From contig JANQMA010000050.1 in assembly GCA_028280285.1 (NCBI GenBank), positions 38,055-102,054 of the forward strand: a stretch of 64,000 nt of DNA. Direction: 5' to 3'. The notes under the pieces are model-generated. The model did not search any database and had not been told where the DNA came from. It saw only the letters and a list, made by a program, of their open reading frames with translations. A program made the translations under genes and the position numbers. The first letter of the stretch is position 1; every line of letters begins with the position of its first letter. This document shows, piece after piece, positions 1-10,180 of this stretch. Source of the DNA: Candidatus Omnitrophota bacterium. Lineage in GTDB: Bacteria > Omnitrophota > Gorgyraeia > Zapsychrales > Zapsychraceae.

Positions 1-17
1 GCAATAGCTGGCTATTT

Positions 18-3000
18 ATGGTCAAAATGCTTTTGGCCATGACCTATTCGATTGAGGAGGCCCAAGAGGAAAGAAAAAATAGCCTTTCTGGTTTGGATAA
101 AACACGGTGGGAGATGGTGCATTACTTTGCTAAGGCGTTTAAGAATGATGGAGGTCAGTATTATGACGTAGAGGATGTTGTACGTAGCATAGATGGGTTT
201 CACGAGATTGGGCGTCGTAAAGATTTAAGAATGGTATTAAAAAAGCTAACCGATGTGTATTTGCTGGCAGATAAGCTACTCATGTCTAAAAAAAGAGTGT
301 GGAAGGTTGTCAATAAAAATGATCCGCGCTGGCTACGATTACGTAACGGAGAAAAATTTGACTTGTATTATGATGCAAAAAAAATGATAGAAGAAAACCG
401 CGGTGATATCCAGTCTAAGTGGGAGCTTATATTTGCGATGGCTGATGTCATTGATGGTATGACTGAAAAGTCACCAGTTCACCTAGCTAAAATACAAAGT
501 GATATTCAACGGAAGTTATCTAAACCGGTAGCAGAAGATAGCGTAAGAGGAACACTGAGTCTTTTCGAAAATGCGCATATCATTAAAATACATAAAAAAT
601 CAGGTTCTGAGGTGTATAGTCGTCGAAGAGGTAAGAAGCAGCAAAACAGGCTTAATGCGCTTATGGATAAAAAAAGGTTTATTTTTGTTACGGAGCGCTC
701 AGCGCTCTCTGATTATTTTAATGCGCCATTGCGTGATATTTTAAACCTTGATTCGGCTTCTTTGCAAGAGCACTTTGAAACCATTGAAGATGAAGCTGAA
801 AAGATGCATGGACAAATGCAGGGGTGGATCAATAACATGGCTTCAGAACATAAGAGACAATATTATCCAGAGGCCTATACTGAGTTTGCCACTGTGATTA
901 AAACGTTTTGGGATGATGATGAGATTGTAATCCAGCTGCAATTTGTCACAGGGGGTTTAAAAAGCGTCGCGCAACGACAGTTAATACAAACGACTTATAA
1001 AGAGTTTGTCAACCGGTTGAGCAAAAATACGTATTTCGATCAGTTTACGGTTGAAACAAAACCGCCTAAAGATGTCACCAAAGGCAGCGCCACGATACGT
1101 ATTTTACAAAAAGCAACAGTCAAAACAAACCGATCGCAGCGGGCCGTTTTGAAATGGCTTTTTAAACAATTGGATATTGGCAAAATTGATCAGGGGCGGC
1201 AGGGTATTGCTTTTAATCCTATCGGCATAGCTCACAAGATTGATGGGATTAGTAATGATGGCGATGTTGAAGAGACAATTAATCATTTTGAGTTATCTGT
1301 AGGCGATCCAAAAGAACTACTCAGTTCAATAAAATACAGCATTGATGTTGCTAAATTGTGGTTTACTGTAAAGGCAGCAAAAATTATTGATGCATCCGAT
1401 CCGAACTATACATTGTTTGATAAATTTTTAGATGATATAAAACCCCAAACACCCAAAAAGAAATCATTTGCTAAATCCCCGGCCCCGGCTCGATCTAAAA
1501 AGAAGGGGGGCGATTCGTTTCAATACATTAGAGATTCGATTAAAAGAGTACAACGTAAGAAATTACTGGGAGACAAATCAGACTCTGCTTCATTCACGTC
1601 CCTTCCTGCTGTCCACCGGTTGGCGGTGGTGGCATGGATGTTGCTGCAGTCATATAAAGATCACAAAAAAGATATTGATCCTCTAGAAATTATCAAAGAT
1701 ATTATGTTAAATAATGATCAAGAAGATGGCGACATGGTTGTTCAAAAGGTTATAGGGGATCTTGATTTTTTTGTTACAGAAGGTGTTTTAAATTCTTCGA
1801 TGGATATTTTGGAAGATAGAAGGCTATATTCTTTGAAGTCCGGCCGAGGAGAGCAGCTCAGTTCTTTTGTGGCCAAAAGTCTGGACTTTCATATTGCGGA
1901 GATCCTTCTTCAAAGCAAGGATGATGTTGTTGATTTAACCACTTTAGAAGGACGCTTGCAGGACTTCCCCGGTATGAGGCTTATCATGGCTATGGGTGAG
2001 TATGATGGCTATTTTAACTATTTAAGAAGGCATTTTAAGATGCATGAGGTAGAAGGCCATATGACAGAGAGTCATGAGGTCGATATGTGGGAGCTTTTGC
2101 CCGAAGGAAAACATTATTTTGAACAGCACCTGCAAAATGTGTTGGGAGAAATGTTTTTTGATTCATTTGATCCGGTTAAAGCTCTGACGGGCTTTAAGTC
2201 CGATTTGCTTAAACCGGATGATACAAAAGAATTGTTGGAGGTATGGCAGGACAACCGCCCTGAATATTTTCGTTTTCGAAGTAAAAAAAAGGTGTTAAAG
2301 TTTTTTTTGGCATTAATTGCAGAACATAGTTTTTTCAACCAAGAATATTCCATGGAGATTCACGGAAATATTATTCGCTTTAAAGTTATTCGAGCTAAAA
2401 ATAATGACTTTCTGGGGGCAAAATTCAATATTGTGTATGAGGATTCACTGCGGCCGTCTCGGGCCAAAACATATCTCAGCCATTTTGAAGTCATTGAAAA
2501 AAATGAAAAAGCATACGATGGGCAATTGCATATTTTATTAAAAGCTTTGCTTGGTGTTGAGAGGGAAGTTGAACGAAAAGCGGACAATAAGCGTATTCAG
2601 GATGATTTGGAAAAGGTTGTTGACTGGGAAAAAATTGATTCAGGAAAGCAGCATGTTATGGCATTGGCAGGGTATATTGCGCAGGCGTCTTTTATTCCTC
2701 CAGTCGATTCTCCCCAAAAAATATTGGTGTTTAATGAATTTCAAGTTGTTGAGTTGATGGAAAAACACTTTGGAAAGGAGGTATCGGAGCCATATATTCA
2801 GAATTTACTTGCTGATTTTCATGCAAAAGGTGTTGCACAGAAATTACCAAAGAAAGAGGGCAGCTTAAATCAACAGTGGGGTCTTGAACCACATGTGAAA
2901 TATCTGTTGAGTCAAATTAATGAAGGTCGAACAGATTTATATGAATTGAAGAACTCGGCGTCCGTCGATCTTGCCGCGATATTAAACAGGGAGACTGTCG

Positions 3001-6000
3001 CTCAGAAAATTTTGGAAATAGAGCCGTCAATCATCGGGAAAATTGAGTTTACAGCAAGGCAGTTGGCGCTTAAGTTCGGCGATACTACTGATGGTTCAGA
3101 ATTAGAAGCTATTCTTAAGCAATTAGAAGACGAGCGCATCCTTCGTGTATATACGATGTCCGGCAGCACGATCAAGAAGTGGACGGTTGTCGATAAAGAC
3201 AATCTCGCACGTATCGCTGAAAGTGGCTCGATAGAAGAAAAACGCAATACTTTGCTGAATAAATGGGAGACTTTGTTTTTGATGGCTAAAATAGTTTATA
3301 GAAGAATTCAACCGGGTCAGCGGTTTAATGCGGGTTTTTTAACGGCAGAAATTAATGCGATAATTAATAATCTGGAAGCAATACAAAAAAAGCCAATACA
3401 CGAAAAACAGGTGCGTCAAGCCGCAGATCTTTTAGAAGCCGCGCGGATGTTTAAAAAGCAGTCGACCGCTTTAGGTGATTTTTGGATTCGTGCAGACGAA
3501 ATAGACAATGACATCGATGTAGAATATCAGCTGCACAGGCTTTCTTTAAAACATCAGGATGAATTAGAAAAAAGACGCCTCCAGCTGCAGGAGCCACTGG
3601 AAAAATATTTTCGCGCAGGTATCGACGCCATTTTTCACGATGAAGGGACTAAGGCTGATTCCGCGATGCTGAATAATGGCAGCGCGGCACAGACAGATTT
3701 TAAGTCCTTAAATACAGTATTAGATAGAGAAGATTTTCATATTATCGAAGAGATTATTTTAAATATGCCTTCATCTGCCTCTGCTATCGGTGTAGATTCT
3801 CCTTATAAGCAAGAAAAATCGCTCCATTTTCAAACTAAACGCCACGATGAAAATGCGCTCTTTATTTCTAACGACCTATTTGCGATAGCTCTGGATAATC
3901 ATGAACCGACATTTAAAATTTTTATCGGCTATCCATTGAGTAAAGATAAAGACCCGAATCAGAAGGAGCAAAAGCAAATATTCAATAGTGTCGCAGGTTA
4001 TTTAATTAAAGAATTTAACAGTAAATCCGGTTTGTCTAAAAAATATAATTTTCAGAAGCAAAAGTATAGATTTGACAGTGATCCTATTGTGCTGTTGCAA
4101 CTAGATTCTTCTCCATTATTAAGCGAAACAGTTAACAGTACAAATAATAAACATATAAAGACCGAAATTGATGGCATTGCGTTAACATTGAAAGACTTAG
4201 AAGATTGGGCCAAGGCTAATCCAAACAAGGTGTGGCGGGGGCCTAAAAGAGAAATCGAAAAAATATTTAATAGTTCAAATTTCGTTGCCTCTCGTGTATT
4301 AGAAAATAATAATATTAAGGTTTTTGGCGCAACGACTCCTCAAACACAACGCCTGTATGACCGTCTAGTTGAGGAATATGACATAATTGCACAATTGGAT
4401 AGGGAGAGTTTAAAAAAAATAGCGAAAGAAATGGATCTACAAATTCAAACGATTTTTGATAACCTTAAAAAATTTAAAGAAGTGTTAGATGAAGGATATT
4501 CATTAGAGCCGATAGCTGATCCGATAGAATTTGTCAGAGCAAAAAGAAAAAATGATTTATTTTATAAACAACCTTTAAACGATGATTGGGCTAAAAATGA
4601 TTCTCCTGAAAAGGCTATGGAAGGGCACGCGGCTAATAATAATTCATATACTATCAACGATAAATGGGAGCTCATTTTTGCAATAGCTGAAGTCGTTGAT
4701 AATATAGAACCAGAGCAGGTGTTTAGCGCGTACTATGTATACGATGAGATTAATCAATTGTTGCCGAAACAAGTGTCGGGTGATGAGTTAAACGCGGCAT
4801 TGGATCTTTTTGGTTTTGGTTCTCTGATTAAATTACAAAATTTCGGAGATAACAACAGACTATGGATGCGACGTACAGGTTCGCTACAAAGTGATAGAAT
4901 AAATAGCTTGCGCGTGAAAGAAAAAATCTTATTTGCTAAACCAAATTTTATGAAAAGTTATTTTCGTGCAGAATCAAACGAAATTATGAGTCAAATCGAT
5001 CTTGCCGCGATGAGTGATCCTGTTTTTCTTGATATTGCCAAGCAACTTGGAAAAATAATTGACGGCCATGAAAAACTTGATTTTTTAAGAGGAGATACGG
5101 AACGCCTTGGATCGGTGTATGCCTTTAATCAAGGCGGAGAGGTTCAACTGGCATTTAATTATAATGAGGGTGAACCTATTATTGAAATTAATTTTGTTGG
5201 AGCAAGACGTGAAAAAACCAGGCACAAATATAATAATGGTCAAAAAAGAGAACTGTTTGATCAAACCCAAAGTATACTTTTTGAAAAGCTTAACTTCTTC
5301 GTAGCAGCCGAAAAATATTTGTTGAATAAAGTGCCATATGAAGGCGTATCAGGTGCGTGGCGGACTATGTTTAAATTAAATCGTTTTGGTTCTGATAAAA
5401 AACAACAAGATGCCGCTACAATGAATGATGAGGTTGCAACCCCGCAATCTCCTTTCGCTTCAGAGTTTTTGCAAGATGAAAAGACCAGACGGAAGGTTTT
5501 GCATGCGTGGCAGCGATTACAGGTCTTGGCCAAGCAGATTCAAACTAAGATTAATGAAACAGGTATTTTTGAAGAAGTTGAAAATTTAGCCAATCGACTT
5601 GCCAAAAATGACAGTGAATTATCAGAGGATACGTATCAACGCACTGTTATGCAAATACAAAACGACGGAAAGGAAGTAAGTGAGTTTATTAGCCAATGGT
5701 TTAAGCAAGAGTCCATGGAAGATTATATCTATTTGAAAGAAGGTAGCGATTTAAGATGGAAAGTTGCGTATGATTTTATAGATAAATGGAATAAAATTCT
5801 AAATTCCATTTTTATCGATATTTATTTTTTAAGATTTTATTTGCAAAGAAATGATTTGTCGCAATTTAAAGAAACGGCAACGCATTTGAAAAATGATTTA
5901 GATGAGGGCAAGGATTATGCTTATAAGAAAATGTTAGAAAATATTTTACGCCCGACAGAAGAAAACATTTTTAAAGATCGTAATGGTGCTGAACAATTAG

Positions 6001-6947
6001 GAGAACCGGAAGAAATTTATCAATATTTTCTTGCGCCCGCCATGCGCGCTTTTCCTGAAGAGATAAAGGCCTTATCGAAAAAGGATACTCCGGATTCCGC
6101 CGCGATGAGTGATGGGGAGTTTAGGGAGAAAATGGGTCAGGCTTATCAGAGTGCTGTAAAAATATTAGCTGTGTTAAGAGACGCAACAAATCAGTTAAAA
6201 GAGGAGTTACCAAATACTGACCCAAAAATACATAAAGAAAAAATCAAAAGTTATGTATCGGGGATACATCATATGCTTATACATTATCTTGTAGGAGCAA
6301 GAGGAGCATTTTTGTTTTATCAGAATACACGAAATATAAATGGTAAAATTACGGCAGATCAATATGATAACTTAGTAAAATACTGGGAACTATTTAAAGG
6401 TCAATTTGATCAAATGGATCGTTTAAATGTTGATGAAAAACAACGGAAAAAAGAGGCGACAATAATTTTAAATAGTTTGGAGTTAAAGATTGAAAATCAG
6501 GAAGACTATTCTCTGGATAATTATAGATTTATGAAATTTTTAGTATGGGGAAAGGGATGGGGCAAATATTATAGTTGGATCAAAGATTTTCAATCAGAGA
6601 TTAACGATGACGTTGAGAAAATAGACGGTTTACTTAAGGAAGTCGAAAATAATTTTGTTGATTTGGCCGCGATGACAGATGTCGGGGGGATTGACTTAAA
6701 TCCTGAGCTTCTTAATATGGATATTGAATATGATGAAGCCGGTGTGCCGCTTCCGGCTGTGCAGCAACCGGTGATTAATATGGATATTGAAGGCTTCACA
6801 CCGGTGATTATTAATGTAACCCCAATCCCGAGTCTGCCGCTTATGCTGGGACTTGATGTTGATCAGAATGATGAGTCTAAACCTGACAGGCAGCAAGTGG
6901 CGTGGGAGTATGGGGAGCTTGGCTATGCCTTGCGTGAGCTTGATTAA
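18..6947 (+). CDS. Giant hypothetical protein (2309 aa or more). The frame is open back to position 3, so the gene may be 5'-truncated by the window edge. Charged, Cys-poor, with internal duplications.
   Basis: Uninterrupted 6.9 kb ORF. No signal peptide or TM segment is visible in the N-terminal part present in the window. Duplicated motif KWELIFA(M/I)A(D/E)V(I/V)D at nt ~418-459 and ~4660-4701, also similar at nucleotide level. Recurring DLAAM(S/T)D motif at nt ~2951, ~4996, ~6103 and ~6664. Tandem NMDIE units at the C-terminus. No catalytic motif recognised. Confidence 0.6.
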   Translation: MVKMLLAMTYSIEEAQEERKNSLSGLDKTRWEMVHYFAKAFKNDGGQYYDVEDVVRSIDGFHEIGRRKDLRMVLKKLTDVYLLADKLLMSKKRVWKVVNKNDPRWLRLRNGEKFDLYYDAKKMIEENRGDIQSKWELIFAMADVIDGMTEKSPVHLAKIQSDIQRKLSKPVAEDSVRGTLSLFENAHIIKIHKKSGSEVYSRRRGKKQQNRLNALMDKKRFIFVTERSALSDYFNAPLRDILNLDSASLQEHFETIEDEAEKMHGQMQGWINNMASEHKRQYYPEAYTEFATVIKTFWDDDEIVIQLQFVTGGLKSVAQRQLIQTTYKEFVNRLSKNTYFDQFTVETKPPKDVTKGSATIRILQKATVKTNRSQRAVLKWLFKQLDIGKIDQGRQGIAFNPIGIAHKIDGISNDGDVEETINHFELSVGDPKELLSSIKYSIDVAKLWFTVKAAKIIDASDPNYTLFDKFLDDIKPQTPKKKSFAKSPAPARSKKKGGDSFQYIRDSIKRVQRKKLLGDKSDSASFTSLPAVHRLAVVAWMLLQSYKDHKKDIDPLEIIKDIMLNNDQEDGDMVVQKVIGDLDFFVTEGVLNSSMDILEDRRLYSLKSGRGEQLSSFVAKSLDFHIAEILLQSKDDVVDLTTLEGRLQDFPGMRLIMAMGEYDGYFNYLRRHFKMHEVEGHMTESHEVDMWELLPEGKHYFEQHLQNVLGEMFFDSFDPVKALTGFKSDLLKPDDTKELLEVWQDNRPEYFRFRSKKKVLKFFLALIAEHSFFNQEYSMEIHGNIIRFKVIRAKNNDFLGAKFNIVYEDSLRPSRAKTYLSHFEVIEKNEKAYDGQLHILLKALLGVEREVERKADNKRIQDDLEKVVDWEKIDSGKQHVMALAGYIAQASFIPPVDSPQKILVFNEFQVVELMEKHFGKEVSEPYIQNLLADFHAKGVAQKLPKKEGSLNQQWGLEPHVKYLLSQINEGRTDLYELKNSASVDLAAILNRETVAQKILEIEPSIIGKIEFTARQLALKFGDTTDGSELEAILKQLEDERILRVYTMSGSTIKKWTVVDKDNLARIAESGSIEEKRNTLLNKWETLFLMAKIVYRRIQPGQRFNAGFLTAEINAIINNLEAIQKKPIHEKQVRQAADLLEAARMFKKQSTALGDFWIRADEIDNDIDVEYQLHRLSLKHQDELEKRRLQLQEPLEKYFRAGIDAIFHDEGTKADSAMLNNGSAAQTDFKSLNTVLDREDFHIIEEIILNMPSSASAIGVDSPYKQEKSLHFQTKRHDENALFISNDLFAIALDNHEPTFKIFIGYPLSKDKDPNQKEQKQIFNSVAGYLIKEFNSKSGLSKKYNFQKQKYRFDSDPIVLLQLDSSPLLSETVNSTNNKHIKTEIDGIALTLKDLEDWAKANPNKVWRGPKREIEKIFNSSNFVASRVLENNNIKVFGATTPQTQRLYDRLVEEYDIIAQLDRESLKKIAKEMDLQIQTIFDNLKKFKEVLDEGYSLEPIADPIEFVRAKRKNDLFYKQPLNDDWAKNDSPEKAMEGHAANNNSYTINDKWELIFAIAEVVDNIEPEQVFSAYYVYDEINQLLPKQVSGDELNAALDLFGFGSLIKLQNFGDNNRLWMRRTGSLQSDRINSLRVKEKILFAKPNFMKSYFRAESNEIMSQIDLAAMSDPVFLDIAKQLGKIIDGHEKLDFLRGDTERLGSVYAFNQGGEVQLAFNYNEGEPIIEINFVGARREKTRHKYNNGQKRELFDQTQSILFEKLNFFVAAEKYLLNKVPYEGVSGAWRTMFKLNRFGSDKKQQDAATMNDEVATPQSPFASEFLQDEKTRRKVLHAWQRLQVLAKQIQTKINETGIFEEVENLANRLAKNDSELSEDTYQRTVMQIQNDGKEVSEFISQWFKQESMEDYIYLKEGSDLRWKVAYDFIDKWNKILNSIFIDIYFLRFYLQRNDLSQFKETATHLKNDLDEGKDYAYKKMLENILRPTEENIFKDRNGAEQLGEPEEIYQYFLAPAMRAFPEEIKALSKKDTPDSAAMSDGEFREKMGQAYQSAVKILAVLRDATNQLKEELPNTDPKIHKEKIKSYVSGIHHMLIHYLVGARGAFLFYQNTRNINGKITADQYDNLVKYWELFKGQFDQMDRLNVDEKQRKKEATIILNSLELKIENQEDYSLDNYRFMKFLVWGKGWGKYYSWIKDFQSEINDDVEKIDGLLKEVENNFVDLAAMTDVGGIDLNPELLNMDIEYDEAGVPLPAVQQPVINMDIEGFTPVIINVTPIPSLPLMLGLDVDQNDESKPDRQQVAWEYGELGYALRELD

Positions 6948-7017
6948 ACTATAAACACTAAACAGTTAACAGATTTGGCTAAGTTTGTTTACTGTTTAAA
7001 GTTTATTGTTTATATAG
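6948..7017. repeat. Heptad-periodic palindromic intergenic element, AT-rich variant (AAACAGT / ACTGTTT arms)
   Basis: aaactat aaacact aaacagt taacag ... tttgttt actgttt aaagttt attgttt: 7-nt units followed by their reverse complements. Same architecture as 32896..32968. Confidence 0.6.
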
Positions 7018-7037
7018 TCACTAAATTTTAGTTCCCC

Positions 7038-7066
7038 TTGTCAACCAAAACCAACTCTGCTACACT
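7038..7066 (+). promoter_or_regulatory. Sigma70-like promoter TTGTCA-N17-TACACT, 6 nt upstream of the ATG (leaderless or near-leaderless mRNA)
   Basis: ttgtca 7038-7043, 17-nt spacer, tacact 7061-7066; ATG at 7073 with no room for a Shine-Dalgarno. Confidence 0.4.
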
Positions 7067-7072
7067 GACCCC

Positions 7073-7825
7073 ATGAAATACAAAAGCCTTATCTTTACCC
7101 TATTTTTACTCCTTTCAACTACAGCTTCCGCCGGGATTATCGAAATCGAACGCGCCTTCATGGAGCAGGATTATCCGCGGGCCGAGGTATTGGCCGAAGA
7201 AGGCCTTAAGCGGCACAAGGGTGGTGATGTAAGTCTTTTTCAGTATTATCTGGGCTTAAGCCACATCCGTTTAGGTAAATATGGCCTGGCTGCATCGGCT
7301 TTGAAAGACTTAGTTAATGATCAAACCATTCCGACCGATCTGCGTGATAAAGCACACCTGGCACTGATCGATGCCTATTATCTAGCCGGCAAATATGATC
7401 GGGCTGCCGTTCTCGCCGATCAGTTTAAGACAGCGAGTTATAATTCTGATTATTTGAGCCTGCTTTATTTAAAGTCGGCACGTATTAAGTTTAAACAGGC
7501 CGCGTGGACTGATGCGAGGCTCAAACTGCGTACGATCATTAATCAATATCCGGAAAGCTTTGATGTCTATCTGGCGGACCAATTTTTACAAGAAAAGATG
7601 TTCTTCTCGGTTCAGGTCGGCTCTTTTCGCGATCGTGCCCGGGCTAAGGATTTGGTATCACAATTAAAAGCAGAAGGCAAAACCGCCTATATTTTTGAAG
7701 TGAAAGATTATTCGGGACGAAAATTTTATCGTGTGCGTGTCGGTCAGGTGTCATTTCTCGATCAGGCCAAAAACCTGCAGGAAAAATTGGCTAAGCAGGG
7801 GTATCCAACAAGAATCTACCCTTAG
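7073..7825 (+). CDS. Secreted TPR-like plus C-terminal SPOR (peptidoglycan-binding) domain protein
   Basis: Signal peptide MKYKSLIFTLFLLLSTTASAG. The C-terminal ~75 aa (FSVQVGSF...YRVRVGQ...) matches the SPOR fold consensus. Confidence 0.6.
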   Translation: MKYKSLIFTLFLLLSTTASAGIIEIERAFMEQDYPRAEVLAEEGLKRHKGGDVSLFQYYLGLSHIRLGKYGLAASALKDLVNDQTIPTDLRDKAHLALIDAYYLAGKYDRAAVLADQFKTASYNSDYLSLLYLKSARIKFKQAAWTDARLKLRTIINQYPESFDVYLADQFLQEKMFFSVQVGSFRDRARAKDLVSQLKAEGKTAYIFEVKDYSGRKFYRVRVGQVSFLDQAKNLQEKLAKQGYPTRIYP

Positions 7826-7892
7826 AGGTGTTAGGTTTAAGGTGTTGGCTGTGAGCCCTCTAAAACCCAAAACCTAACCCCTAAAACCTTTT
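7826..7892. repeat. Heptad palindromic element (GGTGTTA / GGTTTAA family), copy 1, flanking miaA
   Basis: gaggtgttaggtttaaggtgttgg ... taaaacccaaaacctaacccc. The two arms are reverse complements. Near-identical to the reverse complement of 8797..8853. Confidence 0.7.
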
Positions 7893-7899
7893 AGCTTAT

Positions 7900-8796
7900 A
7901 TGTCTACTTCTCTTATTATATTTATTACCGGTCCCACGGCTGTTGGTAAATCGGATGTTGCGCTTAATGTCGCCAGGAAGCTAGATGGTGAAATCATCGC
8001 CTGCGACTCAATGCAGGTGTATCGTGAAATTAATGTGGCCAGCAACAAACCTTCGCCTGAAGAACGGAAACAAACTTCTTATCACATGCTTGATGTGGCC
8101 TCTGTTTACGATGAGTTTGATGTGAATCAGTACGCGAAGCTGGCGATTGCGTGCGTTAAAGATATTATAAGTCGCGGCAAGCAGCCGATTGTCTGTGGAG
8201 GCACAGGCCTTTATATGGAAGCGCTTATTGACGGAGTGTTTGAAGGGCCGAAGGCCGACTGGAATTTAAGAGAAAAATTGGAACAAGAGTCTCCGGAACA
8301 ACTGCATGCGCGTCTTGAAGGGATTGACCCTGATGCAGCGGCTAAAATTCATCCCAATGATTTAAGGCGAATCATTCGCGCGCTCGAAGTGTTTGAATTA
8401 ACAGGCAAACCGATATCGGTTTGGCAGAAAGATCGTACAGGGCTCGCGGATAAATATGCGATTAAAGGTTTCGTTTTAACGCGCGGCCGGGACGCGCTTT
8501 ATGCCACGATCAACACGCGTGTCGATCAAATGATTAATCAAGGATTGATCGACGAGGTGAGCGCGCTTGATTTGGCACACATCAGTAAAACTGCACGGCA
8601 ACTGATCGGCATTAAAGAAACGCTTCAATATTTAAATAATGAAATTGACCGAGACAGGCTCATCGAGATAATCAAACAAAATTCGCGCCATTATGCCAAG
8701 AGACAATTAACTTGGTTTAGGAAAGATGAGCGTTTGCAGTGGATTGATCTTGGCCTAAGCGACCCGTTAAAGGAAATATTAGATAAGAGGTTTTAG
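7900..8796 (+). CDS. miaA: tRNA dimethylallyltransferase
   Basis: P-loop GPTAVGKS; CDSMQVYREINVASNKPS as in the MiaA family; typical length. Confidence 0.9.
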   Translation: MSTSLIIFITGPTAVGKSDVALNVARKLDGEIIACDSMQVYREINVASNKPSPEERKQTSYHMLDVASVYDEFDVNQYAKLAIACVKDIISRGKQPIVCGGTGLYMEALIDGVFEGPKADWNLREKLEQESPEQLHARLEGIDPDAAAKIHPNDLRRIIRALEVFELTGKPISVWQKDRTGLADKYAIKGFVLTRGRDALYATINTRVDQMINQGLIDEVSALDLAHISKTARQLIGIKETLQYLNNEIDRDRLIEIIKQNSRHYAKRQLTWFRKDERLQWIDLGLSDPLKEILDKRF

Positions 8797-8853
8797 GGGT
8801 TAGGTTTTGGGTTTTAGGGCGCCAACACCCAACACCTTAAACCTAACACCTCA
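8797..8853. repeat. Heptad palindromic element, copy 2, inverted orientation relative to 7826..7892
   Basis: The reverse complement shares 24/24 and 21/21 nt blocks with copy 1 and differs only in the central 12 nt. Confidence 0.7.
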
Positions 8854-8860
8854 TATTGTT

Positions 8861-10144
8861 ATGAGCAAGACACATACTCTCCCAACAACCTTACCCCGTG
8901 AAAAAGTATTTATCGTCGTCATTCATTTTAAAAATGACCGCAGTCCGTGGGGCACCGATGAGCTTCTCTATGAAATGCAGGAGCTGGTTAAAGCCTGCGA
9001 GGCTGAAGTGATTGGTCATGCCGTTTGTTCACTCGCCGATATTAATCCCAAATATTTTATCGGGGAAGGGAAGCTCGATGAGATTATGCGCGCGGCCGGT
9101 GCTTTGGGCACTGAAACGATTGTTTTTAGTGAAGATTTAAAGGGCTCCCAACAACGTAATTTAGAAGAGAAGATTGATATTAAGACCATTGACCGCACGC
9201 AGCTTATTCTGGATATTTTTGCTAAGCGCGCAACAAGCCGTGAAGGTAAGATGCAAGTTGAGCTTGCGCAACTTGAATATTTACTGCCGCGGCTTGTCGG
9301 GCGCGGGATCGAGCTTTCCCGCCAGGGTGCCGGGATCGGAACGCTTGGTCCCGGGGAAACCAAGCTTGAGGCCGACCGTCGGCGTATTTCCGACAGGATC
9401 GCCAAGCTTAAACGCGCGTTGATTGATGTCGAGAAAAAACGTGCCTTAACGCGCAAACGCCGCAAGGATAAAGGGGTTCCGGTGGTCTCTTTAGTGGGTT
9501 ACACCAATGCCGGTAAATCCACTTTACTTAACACATTGACCGATGCCGATGCATTGACCCGCGACGGCTTGTTTACCACATTGGATTCACTTTCACGTCA
9601 GCTGACACTGACTAATAATCAAAAAATGATTTTATCCGACACGGTTGGATTTATGCATGCCCTGCCGCATCATTTGATCGAATCGTTTAAGGCTACTTTA
9701 GAAGAGCTTCAAGAAGCAGATGTGCTCATGCATGTGGTCGATGTGTCGCGGTCGAATTTCAAAGACAGGATGGATGCGGTTCACGAGGTGCTCGAAGATC
9801 TCGACGTTGCATGGAAAAAAGTTTTATATGTCTTTAACAAAATTGATCAAGTTGAGGATACGGATTGGCTTGATCAACTTAAAGATAATTATGAACACTG
9901 TGCTTTTATATCGGCTAAACAAAATATCAATTTGGACGAACTACAGACAGCGCTTATAACCATGCTGTCTTCTCTATATATGTATGTGGAACTTGAAATT
10001 CCGATGGCCCGTATGGACTTGATTAATGTCCTGCATGAACAGGGCAAAGTAAGCCATATTACCTATGGGGAGAATACAATAGAAGTGGAGGCTTCGATTC
10101 CGGTTCAGGTTTCCAATGTTTTTAAACCTTTTTTGAATAAATAG
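8861..10144 (+). CDS. hflX: GTPase HflX
   Basis: GYTNAGKSTLLNTLT (G1) and DTVGFMHALPHHLIESFKATLEE (G3 plus the HflX signature). The track start at 8807 translates the repeat element; I prefer the ATG at 8861 (MSKTHTL). Confidence 0.85.
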   Translation: MSKTHTLPTTLPREKVFIVVIHFKNDRSPWGTDELLYEMQELVKACEAEVIGHAVCSLADINPKYFIGEGKLDEIMRAAGALGTETIVFSEDLKGSQQRNLEEKIDIKTIDRTQLILDIFAKRATSREGKMQVELAQLEYLLPRLVGRGIELSRQGAGIGTLGPGETKLEADRRRISDRIAKLKRALIDVEKKRALTRKRRKDKGVPVVSLVGYTNAGKSTLLNTLTDADALTRDGLFTTLDSLSRQLTLTNNQKMILSDTVGFMHALPHHLIESFKATLEELQEADVLMHVVDVSRSNFKDRMDAVHEVLEDLDVAWKKVLYVFNKIDQVEDTDWLDQLKDNYEHCAFISAKQNINLDELQTALITMLSSLYMYVELEIPMARMDLINVLHEQGKVSHITYGENTIEVEASIPVQVSNVFKPFLNK

Positions 10145-10168
10145 TGCCTGGCACTATTTATTTGCTAC
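10141..10168 (+). terminator. Rho-independent terminator after hflX
   Basis: Perfect hairpin AATAGTGCC-TGG-GGCACTATT followed by TATTT. Confidence 0.6.
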
Positions 10169-10180
10169 AATAGATTTAAT

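Noticed and set aside
12-203. 63-aa minus-strand ORF at the window start
   Set aside because: It overlaps the 5' end of the giant + strand ORF. No independent support.
9016-9465. 149-aa minus-strand ORF inside hflX, and similar antisense ORFs (e.g. 36468..36716, 39870..40385, 51831..52481, 33958..34272)
   Set aside because: They are fully embedded opposite well-supported conserved genes. The composition is typical of shadow ORFs and no family resemblance is seen.
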